NCBI GenBank assembly: GCA_951406725.2
Contig: OX597829.1
Coordinates: 45,818,001 to 45,882,000 of the forward strand
DNA length: 64,000 nucleotides
From: Octopus vulgaris
Lineage: Eukaryota
Direction: 5' to 3'
Positions 12,249 through 24,338 of the stretch are shown here, in pieces; the stretch's first letter is position 1, and each line of letters starts with the position of its first letter. The notes below the pieces were generated by a model, which did no database searches, was not told the origin of the DNA, and was given only the letters and a program-made list of their open reading frames with translations. Made by a program: the position numbers and the translations under genes.

Positions 12249-12823
12249 GGTGCAGGCATGGCTGTGTGGTAAGAAGCTTGTTTCCCAACCACATGGTTCC
12301 AGGTTCAGCCCCACTGCATGGCACTATGGGGAAGTGTCTTCTACTGTAGCCTCAGTCTGACCAAAGCCTTGTAAGCAGGTTTGGTTATGAAAACTGAAAG
12401 AATCCCATTCTGTGTATATATATATATATACACATACATATATATATATATACACATACATATATATATATGTATATGCATATATATATATATATGTATA
12501 TATATACAAAATAAGAAAATGGAGAAATACACCTTAATCAATAATCAACTACCAGATAATACCCATTCACATAATTTATTAACCAACTACATATGAACAT
12601 CAAGGTCAAACATATATGTTTGACCTTGCTCCATTTTCTTATTTTGTATTATTAATTTGCGGTAAAACATTTTACCTTTGCCCATGTAATACAGTAAATG
12701 AATTAATTGCATCGCAATTCTTAACATTTATGTATTAACTTTGTTGGGTGCTTTACTGGCAGTATATTGGATATATGTTATCCCATGGTGGGTTGCACTC
12801 ACAACCCCTATCTCAATTTGTAA

Positions 12824-12868
<45 letters not shown>

Positions 12869-13090
12869 CAGACACACATACATATATATATATATATATG
12901 TATGTGTGTCTGTGATTGTCCCCACTTTGATCACTTGACAACCAATGTTAGTATAGTTATGTACCCATAACTTAGTAGTTTGGCAAAGGAGACCAATAGA
13001 ATAAGTACTAGACTTACAAAGAATGAGTCCTAGGGTTGATTTCTTTGACTAAAAATGAACCCTCCTAGGCAGTGTTCTTTAAGAATAAAA
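12249..13090 (+). mobile_element. Degraded SINE family A split by an insertion (12503-12830) in its internal (TA)n tract
   Basis: Head GGTGCAGGCATGGCTGTGTGG at 12249. The 3' half resumes at about 12905 (TGTGATTGTCCCC...GAATAAGTACTAG). Confidence 0.7.
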
Positions 13091-13739
13091 GACTCATCAT
13101 CACCATCATTGTTTAACATCATTGTTTAACATCTGGCATGGGTTGGATGGTTTGACAGGACTGGAAAGCCAGCAGCTGCACCAAGCTCAAATCTGATCTG
13201 GTAATGTTTCTACAACTGGATGCCCTTCCTAATGCCAACCACTTTGAGAGTGTAGTGGGTACTTTTTATGTGCCACCAGCATGGGAGCCAGTCAGGCGAT
13301 ACATGTATAGATACAAGCAAAACAAGTAAAATAGTACAGTTGTAACAGTGAAAGATAGAATTTCATGTGATTTGACCTGGTTCTCTGCACTTTGAGTTCG
13401 AATTGCTCTATGAGCAATCCTTATGGAGGTTCCTTCTCATTTCCCTCTCTCTCTCTCTCAGATCAGCTACATTACTCTGTGAGAGGAATCGTTGAGTGAA
13501 CCACTTGCAGAATTTCAATCTTGAAGAATAGACAATAGCCTCTTCTCATAGAAAAACTTATGTTACTAGAACCGGTCAAGAATGGACACTGGTCTGAGTA
13601 CAGTATGTCTGAAAAGGAAACAAAAAAGAAAATGTATAAGCAGTATGGATGTGTGGCTGGAAAGTTTGCTTCCAAACCAAATAGTTTCAGGTTCAGTCTC
13701 ACTGCAGGTCATCTACTGTAGCCATGGACTGGCCAAAGA

Positions 13740-14130
13740 CTTTTACTCTCTCTTTTACTTGTTTCAGTCCTTTGACTGTGGCCATGCTGGAGCACCGCCT
13801 TTAATCAAGCAAATCGACCCCAGGACTTATTCTTTGTAAGCCTAGTACTTATTTTATCAGTCTCTTTTGCCAAAGAGCTAAGTTACGGGGATGTAAACAC
13901 ACCAGCATCGGTTGTCAAGCGATGTTGGGGGACAAACACAGACACACAAACATATACACACACATACATATATGTATGTATATATATATACATATGACGG
14001 GCTTGTTTCAGTTTCTGTCTACCAAATCCAGTCACAAGGCTTTGGTCGGCCCATGGCTATAGTAGAAGACACTTGCCCAAGGTGCCATGCTGTAGGACTG
14101 AACCCAGAACCATGTGGTTCGTAAGCAAAT
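13740..14130 (-). mobile_element. SINE family A
   Basis: Reverse complement of the family A body and (GAGTAAAA)n tail. Confidence 0.85.
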
Positions 14131-14948
14131 GAAAAAACCAAAAGTAGCTTATTGTGATTGTTTGTATACACACACACACAATGTGTGTGCGTGTCCTAAT
14201 CTTGATCATTTGAGTGTTGTAAATGATTGTCATTCATTTCCAGTATTCTGTGTAAACATTGAGGCCATGGGGGAAATATTGCCTTACTCGGAAACAGCTA
14301 AGAGTTGGCAACAGGAAAGGCTACAATCTGTAGAGAATTGCTTTGGTAAGCTCCATGCAACCTGTGTAGGCATAGGTAAAGTTGATATTAAATCGATGAT
14401 GAGGATGACAAAGAGTACAGTGAACTTGTTTGGCATGTGGAAGATTCAATGCTTTAGACAATTTGATTTTCAGCTTGGCTAGAGTCAAATGACTGAAACA
14501 AATAAAAGACTATATATATATAATGTATGTATATGCATGAACATATATACATATGTTTATATATGCATGTGCGTGTATGTGTATATATATATATAATGTA
14601 TGTATATGTATGTACATATATGCATGTGTATGTATATGTGTTTATGTATATATATACACACACATACACCCACACTAATACAGTAAATGAAGTGGCTAAA
14701 AACATAAAATACAGATTAATAATGCAACAAAAAAAAAGAATAATTGATATAATACAAAGAAAAGAAGGTATGGCTGTATGGTAAGAAGCTTGCTTCCTAA
14801 CCACATGGTTCCAAGATCAATCCCACTGCAGAGCACCGTTGGCAAGTGTCTTCTTAAATAGCCTTGTACTGACCAACATCTTGTGAGTTGATTTGGTAGA
14901 CAGAAACGAAAAGAAACCTGTCATATGTGTGTGTGTGTGTGTGTGTAT

Positions 14949-15380
14949 ATCATCATCATCATCATCATCATCATTTAACGTCCGCTTTCCATGCTAGCAT
15001 GGGTTGGACGGTTCAACTGGGGTCTGGGGAGCCCGAAGGCTGCACACAGGCCAGTCAGATCTGGCAGTGTTTCTACAGCTGGATGCCCTTCCTAACGCCA
15101 ACCACTCCGAGAGTGTAGTGGGTGATTTTATGTGCCACCGACACAGGTGCCAGACGAGGCTGGCGAACGGCCACGCTCGGATGGTGTTTTTATGTGCCAC
15201 CGACACAGGTGCCAGACGAGGCTGGCGAACGGCCATGCTCGGATGGTGTTTTTATGTGCCACCGACACAGGTGCCAGACGAGGCTGACGAACGGCCACGA
15301 TCGGATGGTGTTTCTTACGTGCCCACAGCACGGAGGCCAGTCGATGCGGTACTGGCTACGGCCATGTTCAGATGGTTTTC
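14949..15380 (-). mobile_element. Family D element with internal 62-bp tandem repeat (3 copies plus a diverged 4th, 15121-15375)
   Basis: Unit GGTGTTTTTATGTGCCACCGACACAGGTGCCAGACGAGGCTGGCGAACGGCCACGCTCGGAT starts at 15121, 15183, 15245 and 15307. Confidence 0.85.
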
Positions 15381-15385
15381 TTGTG

Positions 15386-15418
<33 letters not shown>

Positions 15419-15835
15419 ATTTTTGTGTCTGTGCTTGTTTCCACCACCACTTCATGATCATTGTTGGTTTGTTTATATTCCTGGTTCAGCAAAAAAGACT
15501 GATTGAATAAGTACCAGGCTTAAAGGAAAAATAAGTTGTAGGGACATTTCATTTGACTAAAACTTCTTCAAAGTGGTGCCCAGCATGGCCACAGTCTAAT
15601 GACTGCAACAAATAAAAGATAAGATATCAACAAATGAGTAGGAAGTACCCCTGCTGAGGATGATAAAGGTGCCTGAAGACCACAAATCACTCTGCATTGG
15701 CATCTTTTGACTGTATCATCCAGGTAGAATTTAAAGACAGGATTGCTAAAAGAATAATTGCATCAACAAGAATGCTAATGATAGATTTTGGTTGAAAAAC
15801 TAAAGAAAGAACAGAAGTGTTGTTAGATAAAACAT

Positions 15836-16859
15836 TAATCCTTGAGCATTCAGATTACTATGTCTAAGGTAATGCTTATTTATTATTCACATTGTTTTAA
15901 ATTAATTATGCATTATCTCATAGCTTTGAAATTTCAATGATGTGACTGTTTATTTCTAGAATGACATTACTGGGTAAATATGAGAGGCAAGATCCTGCCA
16001 GTTTTAACATAAAATAAGTAGGATATTTGAGTTGGATACGACTGGTTTAAGTTCTAAAAGGTTGAAAGTACACATTAGATGTTTACAGTCTTGAAATAAG
16101 CCATGAGATTATTATTTCTGTATTGACCCTTTAGTCCTCAGATTACGCTTGTCAAATATAATGTTTATTTATTCACCTTGTTTTGAATCCTGTAACTGTG
16201 AGATTTCAATGATGTGTTTGTATAGTTCTAGAATGACTTTGGTGACATTGTAGGATAGGTATGGAAAACCAGATCTGGCTGGCTTGAATATAGAAATATT
16301 TCAGCTGGATATGGCTGCCTTAGTGGAGGCGCAAATGGCCCAGTGGGTAGGGCAGCGAACTTGCGGTCGGAGGATCACGGTTTCGATTCCCAGACCGGGC
16401 ATTGTGTGTGTTTATTGAGCGAAAACACCAAAAAGCTTCACGAGGCTCCGGCAGGGGGTGGTGGCGATCCCTGTTGTACTCTTTCACCACAACTTTCTCT
16501 CACTCTTTCTTCCTGTTTCCTGAGTAACACTGTGATGAACTGGCGTCCCGTCCAGCTGGTGGGGGAACACATATGCCATAGAAACCAGGAAACCGGGCCC
16601 ATGAGCCTGGCTAGGCTTGAAAAGGGCGACATTTTTTTATGGCTGCCTTAACCCTCTAGCATTCAGATTATTCTGCCAAATGTAATACTTATTTATTCAC
16701 ATTGTTTTGAATAAATCATATATTATCTTAAAGCTTTGAGGTTTTAATGATATGATTATTTATTTGTACAAAGATATTTTAGGGAAGGCGTGAAGGGCTG
16801 GATCTTGCCAGTTTCAACATAGAATGTGTAGGACATTTCGGCAAATGCTAAATGGTTAA
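15836..16859. mobile_element. Three adjacent about 220-bp piggyBac-like MITEs (15836-16065, 16123-16322, 16648-16859)
   Basis: Termini TTAACCCTxTAGCATT ... AATGCTAAAxGGTTAA, i.e. TTAA plus CCC-starting TIR. Shared interior TTTATTCACATTGTTTT. Confidence 0.65.
16323..16637 (+). mobile_element. SINE family C (tail type 1) with 13-bp TSD
   Basis: A box TGGCCCAGTGG, B box GTTTCGATTCC. TSD TATGGCTGCCTTA at 16310-16322 and 16638-16650. Confidence 0.92.
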
Positions 16860-17317
16860 AGATATTATTGTTGTTTAGTTCTGGTCGAAAGGACCTATGA
16901 GTACAGGCACTTCAGTCCTGACCTTGTCAGTTTTTTTATTAGACTATTCAAGTATCTTTTATTTTTTTTTATTTTTAGATAGTAGGGCATTGTTTTCTGA
17001 ATAAAGGGTTTGCAGGTATATATATTGAGAATTGGCTGCTATTTCTTGCTGACTAAGCAACTGCGTGGAGCTATAGTTGAGTTGTTTTCAATCTTTTTAA
17101 TATTTGGGCCATATCCAAAACCTGAATTATTTTTTTAGGAGGCCACACATAAGAAATAAAGCAAAAAAAATCAATGAAAAATTTATTTCATTTATAGAGG
17201 GAAGACCACATGCATCCCTAGAACCCACAGTTGTGAACTGCTGGTGTAGAGGCTCCCTCATTTCAGTTACAATAATATATAGGGGCAAGGTTAAGTGCGT
17301 GTATATATGTATGTGTG

Positions 17318-18448
17318 TGTGTTGGGCTAAACTTCACAGTTTGCATAAAAGTTAAAGAAAACACACTATCCTATCCAACAAAAAATATCAACTGGATTAT
17401 GATTAGCAGATAATTTACTCAAAGTAGCTACCTTCAGCTTCCAACATAGCCTGAAGATGATTCTGGAACCTTGCATATGTGTTTCTTAGTGTCCCTGTGA
17501 AGATCTTCAAACGCTTCTGTGATGGTGGCCACCTTCTTGGTTTTGGTGTTGGAAGCAGAGTGGTTGGTGTCTTTTTCAGCCTCACTCTATCATCATCATC
17601 ATCATCATCATCGTTTAACATCCGCTTTCCATGCTAGAATGGGTTGGACGATTTGACTGAGGACTGGTAAACCAGACGGTTGCACCAGTCTCCAATCTTG
17701 ATCTGGCAGATTTTCTTCAGCTGGATGCCCTTCCTAACGCCAACCACTCCGAGAGTGTAGTGGGTGCTTTTACGTGTCACTGGCATAAGGGCCAGTCAGG
17801 CAGTAATGGCAATGGTCACGGAAAAAATGTTTTTTTAAAATTTTTATACATTGTAATCCATTGGATGACAACTGAGGGAATTAGGAGGCCAGAAATTGAA
17901 CCTGGGGTGAAGTCATAGGAAGTCTCTTACAACCATATTTGATTCTTGGAGGTATGGCAAGGAACCAGTCGTGTTACCACACATGTGGCTGTCCAGCAGC
18001 TGTAGCCAGGGTCTGACTACACTCTCCAGCAGCTTTACATAGTCGTTTGAGTTGTTGATCCTAAGGCCCTGTCCAGAGTTGTGGGATGGCCTGATGTCAC
18101 CTTCAGTGGAGACACATCCAAAGACCATCACAGTTTGGGAGAATTTGGTTTACGTGATGTCCTTATCGCAACTTACAGGCTTTACAGTGTTCACAGAGCA
18201 TTGAACAGCAGTCATGATGTTGGCATTTTGACACCTGGCATGACTCATCATGATACAAGTAACCTTTTTCTAATATTCAGATGGCTTTCGGTCCTCCATG
18301 TCAACTAGCTTTTTCCTGACTACAACTTTAGTATTTATGCTCTCCAATGCCATTGACTGTTCACCAATGCATCAAACTGTTCTTGAAAAAAAAATCTAAA
18401 TAAATAAACGGAGACATGAAAAACATCATCAAATTTAGCCTGAACACC

Positions 18449-18452
<4 letters not shown>
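17318..18452 (-). mobile_element. Degraded Tc1/mariner-superfamily transposon (maT/DD37D-like), interrupted by a family D element at 17590-17820
   Basis: Minus-strand peptides MVFGCVSTEGDIRPSH..GLRINN..YVKLLESVVRPW, FWPPNSLSCHPMDY and YARFQNHLQAMLEAEGSYFE*. TIR remnants GTTGGGCTAAA / AATTTAGCCTGAACAC. A second 5'-end copy is at about 19015-19305. Confidence 0.75.
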
Positions 18453-18493
<41 letters not shown>

Positions 18494-18687
18494 TGTGTAA
18501 AGCAAGCTGGCAGGATTGTTAGGACATTGGATATTTCATCTAATTTCATCCATCTTGATATTCTGAATTCTGCTGAGATTGACTTTGCTTTTCAGGGTTG
18601 TTAAAAGAAGTACCAGTTGAGCACTGGGATCAATCCTGGCCGAAATCCTGACTTTGTGCCAAAATCTGAAACCAATACACACACAAG

Positions 18688-18731
<44 letters not shown>

Positions 18732-19348
18732 TACATACATACATACATATATATATATAATATATATATATACACTCACACTAGCCACACTTAATACCAC
18801 GTAAAGCAATTAAATTCACTTTAAATTCATTTCATGAGATATCAAACATTCTCATAACTCAACGTTGCCATTGTTAGTTGACAGCATTCAAACACTTCTA
18901 CTGCAAGTATTTGAAAGTTCATTAATATTCAGTAGATAGAGAAAATTGATCCATATAAATATACATGATTGTGTATTCATGAAAGTGTGTGTGTGTCTGT
19001 GTAACTGCATCAATATAAGTGCATCCTATCTTCATGATCATGGATAATCACCTTCAGGTAAACAACTCTCTAGGCACATCTAAACAAGACCGATGGGATC
19101 CAGTTTTCTCCTGTTTTTCTTTGTATTTTCAATCAAAGAATGAAAAGGTGATATCAACATTGCAACTAAAATTTTTCCCATCTACATCTTTAATCTTTAT
19201 GCTCTCCAGTGCCAAGGGCTGTTCACCAATGCACCAAGCTGTTCTTGAAAAACAGAAAAAAAGAGGACATGTAAAAAAAATCACGAAATTTATCCTGAAC
19301 ACTGTGTGTGTCTAATCTTCCTTACAACTAAATTCCTTAATTTTTTTA

Positions 19349-19860
19349 ATCTTTTACTTGTTTCAGTCATTGGACTGTGGCCATGCTGGGGCACCACCTT
19401 GAAGGGTTTTAGTTGAACAAATCAATCCCAGTATATCTTTTATCTTTTACTTGTTTCAGTCACTGGACTGTGGCCATGCTGGGGCACCACCTTGAAGGGT
19501 TTTAGTTGAACAAATCAATCCCAGTATATCTTTTATCTTTCACTTGTTTCAGTCATTGGACTGTGGCCATGCTGGGACACCACCTTGAAGGGTTTTACTT
19601 GAACAAATCAATCCCAGTATATCTTTTATCTTTCACTTTCTCAGTCATTGGACTGTGGCCATGCTGGGGCACCACCTTGAAGGGTTTTCATTGTTGTCCA
19701 AATCAATCCCCTGTATATCTTTTATCTTTTACTTGTTTCAGTCATTGGACTGTGGTCATGCTGGGGCACCACCTTGAAGGGTTTTAGTTGTCCAAATCAA
19801 TCCCTGTATATCTTTTATCTTTTACTTGTTTCGTCATTAGACTGTGGCCATGCTGGGTCA
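19349..19860. repeat. 93-bp minisatellite (about 5.5 units) derived from the SINE family A 3' end
   Basis: Unit starts at 19351, 19444, 19537, 19630, 19726, 19819: CTTTTACTTGTTTCAGTCATTGGACTGTGGCCATGCTGGGGCACCACCTTGAAGGG... Confidence 0.92.
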
Positions 19861-20606
19861 TTGCTATGAAGAATTTTTAATCAAATAACTCAAACTTAAT
19901 CCTTAAGTTTTCTTCTTCTTTTTTGTAGTCTGATATTTATTCTATTTGTCTATTTTGCCAAACTATTAAGTAACAGCGGCATCAACAAACACTTCTTGGT
20001 TTTTACATACACTGCTTCTATTGCTTAGAAAAATAAACTGTTTCTAAAACAGTTTACTGCAGTATACAAATTGAAAGCTTTGTAGACCATACAGATTTTA
20101 GAATTAGGTTTTATATTTTACAGTATAGAAATATACCTTTTTATAACTTATATGGATGCAGGTATGGTGGGTGGTAAGAAGTTTGGGTTTTTGACCACAT
20201 GGTTTTGGGTTCAGTCACACTGCATGGCACATTGACAAGTGTCTTCTAATATAATAGTTTCAGGCTTACCAAAGCCTTGTGAGTGGATTTGGTAGGTGGA
20301 AACTGAAAGAAACCTGTTGTATATCTGTATGTGTGTGTGCGTGTCTTTGTATCTGTGTTTGTCCCCTGTCACTGTTTGATAACTGGTGTTGGTGTGTTTA
20401 TGTCTACGTAACTTAGCAGTTTGGAAGTTTGGCAAAATATATCAATAGAATAAGTACCAAGAGAGGAAAAAAAAAGAAAAACTAAAAAAAAGTATTAGGG
20501 TCGATTTATTTGATTAAAAATTCTTCAAGTCAGTGCCCCAGCATGGCCTCAGTCTAATGACTGAAACAAGTAAAAAATAAAAGATATATTAATAAAAGAT
20601 ATATAT

Positions 20607-21015
20607 GGCGCAGGAGTGGCTGTGTGGTAAGTAGCTTGCTTACCAACCACATGGTTCCGGGTTCAGTCCCACTGCGTGGCACCTTGGGCAAGTGTCTTCT
20701 ACTATAGCCTCAGGCCGACCAAAGCCTTGTGAGTGGATTTGGTAGACAGAAACTGAAAGAAGCCTGTCGTATACATGTATATATATATATGTGTGTGTGT
20801 ATGTTTGTGTATCTGTGTTTGTCCCACTAGCATTGCTTGACAGCCGATGCTGGTGTGTTTATGTCCCCGTCACTTAGCGGTTCGGCAAAAGAGACCGATA
20901 GAATAAGTACTGGGCTTACAAAGAATAAGTCCCGGGGTCGAGTTGCTCGACTAAAGGCGGTGCTCCAGCATGGCCGCAGTCAACTGACTGAAACAAGTAA
21001 AAGAGTAAAAGAGAG
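20607..21015 (+). mobile_element. SINE family A (tRNA-derived head, CORE-like segment, internal TA/TG tract); older copy immediately upstream at 20160-20585
   Basis: GGCGCAGGAGTGGCTGTGTGG..GGGTTCAGTCCC..CCTTGGGCAAGTG..tail GAAACAAGTAAAAGAGTAAAAGAG. Confidence 0.92.
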
Positions 21016-21169
21016 TATTAAAGGATTAAATTATAAAGAAGATTAAAGAAAGGATGAAAATATAAATAACTATGGCAGAATTTAAACTTAGAACACAAAG
21101 ATCCAATAGAAAATCTGCTAAAGATTTTGTCTGATGTTGTAACAACTCTGCTGGCACTCCACCATAATA

Positions 21170-21720
21170 TTGGGTTGTCTGGAAAGTTCGTGCCAATTTA
21201 CAGTAGCTTACCTTTCGACTTATTTTAGAACAAGGTTGAGTCCATAAAATAGGATTTGACTACACCTCCATTTAGAGCACAGTTTAAGCTATCTTTTCAT
21301 AGAAGAAGGTTTGTGTTCCTATAACCTGTGTTAATTCTGTAACCCTTTAAAATGGAAGATAAGAAAGTTCATTTTCGGCACTTGATGCTTTGAGAACCAG
21401 ACAAAAATTGCTGCAGCTCAATTGGGATGTGTTAACCCACCCTCCATATTCACCAGATATTGCGCCTTCGGATTTCCACTTATTCAGGTTTCTGATAAAA
21501 ATTTCAATTCCTTGGATGATGTAAAAAGATACCTTGATGAATTCTTTGCCATGAAACCACCTCAATTCTGGGAAGAGGGTATTTTCAAGTTAAAGGAAAG
21601 ATGGAAACACTTTGTGCAACAAAATGGTTCATATCTGGTTGATTAAAAATGTAATGGCAAAGTGTTTATTGATCGTTTTCTTTCCTTTAAAAATTAGCAC
21701 AAACTTTCCGGACAACCCAA
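21170..21720 (+). mobile_element. Internally deleted mariner element
   Basis: TIRs TTGGGTTGTCTGGAAAGTTCGTGC / GCACAAACTTTCCGGACAACCCAA, TA on both sides. Transposase remnants MEDKKVHFRHLML, HPPYSPDIAPSDFHLF and FWEEGIFKLKERW..QNGSYLVD*. Confidence 0.93.
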
Positions 21721-22304
21721 TAATAATAATCCTTTCTAATTTTTGGTAGAAGGCCAGCTGTTTTGAGAGAGAAAGGAATGTCAATTGCATTGACCCAAAT
21801 GCTCAACTGGTACTTGTTTTATTGACTCCAGAAAAATGAAACACAAAGTTATCCTTGGCTGTATTTGATCTCAGAATGTAAAGAGCTGGAAAGACTGCTG
21901 TGAAGCATTTTGTTTGGCATGGTAATGATTCTGCTAGTTTGTCAACTTAAAATCAATAATTGCTTCAAACTTTGGCACACGACCAACGATTTCGAAGGAA
22001 GGAAGAGGTTTAAATTGATTATTTCTATCTTGGTACTTGATTGGTAACTTTGTATTTATTTATCAAGCTTGAAAGTACGAAAAGCAAAGTTGAAATTCAG
22101 TGAGATTCAAAGCTGCTTAGTATTTTGTCCAATGCCAGTGATTTTGCCCACTTACCACCTTAATAATAATCTTTTCTACTTTTGGTACAAGGCTTGAAAA
22201 ATTTTGGGGGATGGTGCTAATCAATTACATTGAACCTAGTATTCCACTGGTGTTTATTTTATCAACATCAAAATAAATATCAAACGGAAATTGTAGTTTT
22301 GATA

Positions 22305-22505
22305 CCTGTGCTGGTGGCATGTAAAAAGCACCCACAACACTCATGGAGTGGTTGGCATTAGGAAGGGCATCCAGCTGTAGAAACACTGCCAGATCAGACT
22401 GGAGCCTGGTGCAGCCTCCTGGATTCCCAGACCCCAGTTGAACCATCCAACTGTGCTAGCATGGAAAACGGACGTTAAACAACGAGGACGATGATGATGA
22501 GGATG
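22305..22505 (+). mobile_element. Family D element (further copies 13095-13300, 23123-23285, 23543-23710, 32779-32992)
   Basis: TTGGCATTAGGAAGGGCATCCAGCTGTAGAAAC...GGACGTTAAA plus (GAT)n. Confidence 0.8.
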
Positions 22506-23249
22506 ATGAACGCTGAAAAAGATGAAATGAGATTTGTTTTGTCTTGGCCTTGTATTCATGAAATTGTTGGAGAATTTGAGAGAATGTCTTGCAATATTTG
22601 TTTCACCTTCCTGTGTACTCCGAGTTCAAATTCTGTTCAGGTCAGTTTTGTTTTTCATTGATAAATAAAGTTCCCCTCTACGGCTGGTAGATTGATGAAA
22701 TCGTTAGTGTTGATTTAGATTATTGCAACCTCTGTTCTAGCTGGTTTTGTTTTCTGATAGCAACCTTAGCAATAATGGTAGTGCCAAGCAGTATTGAGTT
22801 TTGCTTTTTATTAGTTAGCATCAATTGGATAGAAAGAGTAAGAATGAAACAGATTGTTTGAGAGTTATAGAGAGTGAGTGAGTGGAAGAAGATATTTTGC
22901 ATGAATGGGAAATTTCTAGCCATATATATATATATATATGTGTGTATGTGTGAAAATAAAAGTAAGTATAGGGGTTCAATTTGTTTGACTAAACCTTTTG
23001 AGTTAGTGCCTCAGCATGACCTCAGTCCAATGACTGAAACAAGCCATATATATATATATATGTGTATGTGTGAATAAGTGTGTAAAATTTATCATATATA
23101 TACACATACAGTGGAGAACAAATTGGCATTAGGAAGGGCATCCAGCCGTAGAAACACTGCCAGATCTGACTGGGCCTGATGAAGCCTTCCGGCTACACAG
23201 ACCCCAGTTGAACCGTCCAACCCATGCTAGCATGGAAAACGGACGCTAA

Positions 23250-23285
<36 letters not shown>

Positions 23286-23744
23286 GGTGTGTGTTTGTGT
23301 GTGAGTTTTTGCATTTGTCTCTCACCATTACTTGGCTGTCAGTGGTAGTTCATTTATGTCCTTGCAGCTTAGTGATTCGGCAAAAAAAAAAAAAAGATCA
23401 ATAAAGTCTTTTCTTAGTGCTAGGCTAAAATAAAAGTAAGTATGAGGGTTCAGTTTGTTTGACTAAACCTTTTGAGTTGGTGCTCCAGCACGACCTCAGT
23501 CCAATGACTGAAACAAGCAAAATATAAAAGATAAACAATATGTCATCATCATCATCATTTAACATCTGTTTTCCATGCTGGCATGGGTTTTATGATTTGA
23601 TTGAGGACTGGAAAGCCAGTGGGCTGCACCAGGCTCCAATCTGATCTGGCAATGTTTCTACAGTTCGATGCCCGTCCTAACGCCAACTAGTCTGAGAATG
23701 TAGTGGGTGTATGTAACTTTATGCATATATATATATATATATAT

Positions 23745-23920
23745 CAGTAGCCACTACACAAAATTTTTTTCTCTCCTTGTTTCTTTCTGTGTTCCTTTCT
23801 GTGGAAGAGCATAGGCTCGAAATGTTAAAGACTTTTTCAATTCCCGAGAGTTATACTAATACATCTGTTTGTTGTCTACACCACCTGTCTTCATCTTTGG
23901 TTTTTTTCATGAATTCTCCC
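23745..23920 (+). mobile_element. Short pLTR-like repeat with hammerhead-like motif, copy 2 (diverged)
   Basis: Between (TA)n tracts. CTTT-CTGTGGA-AGAGC-ATAG-GCTC-GAAATGTT-AAAG at 23795-23830. Confidence 0.65.
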
Positions 23921-23932
23921 TATATATATATA

Positions 23933-24338
23933 GGCGCAGGAGTGGCTGTGTGGTAAGTAGCTTGCTAACCAACCACATGGTTCCGGGTTCAGTCCCACTG
24001 CGTGGCATCTTGGGCAAGTGTCTTCTGCTATAGCCCCGGGCCAACCAATGCCTTGTGAGTGGATTTGGTAGACGGAAACTGAAAGAAGCCTGTCGTATAT
24101 ATGTATATGTATATATGTGTTTCTGTGTTTGTGTGTCTGTGTTTGTTCCCCTAGCATTGCTTGACAACCGATGCTGGTGTGTTTATGTCCCCGTCACTTA
24201 GTGTTTCGGAAAAAGAGACCGATAGAATAAGTACTGGGTTTACGAAGAATAAGTCCCGGGGTCGATTTGCTCGACTAAAGGTGGTGCTCCAGCATGGCCG
24301 CAGTCAAATGACTGAAACAAGTAAAAAAAAAAAAAAAA
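23933..24338 (+). mobile_element. SINE family A
   Basis: Full-length match to the copy at 20607. Confidence 0.92.

Noticed and set aside
16323-16400. tRNA genes at SINE heads (also 1480-1556, 36375-36451, 58651-58730 and family A heads)
   Set aside because: A and B boxes are present but no complete acceptor stem. Each continues into a repeated SINE body, one with a TSD.
19349-19860. CRISPR-like array
   Set aside because: Whole units repeat with no unique spacers, the sequence derives from a SINE, the context is eukaryotic and there are no cas genes. The same applies to 15121-15375.
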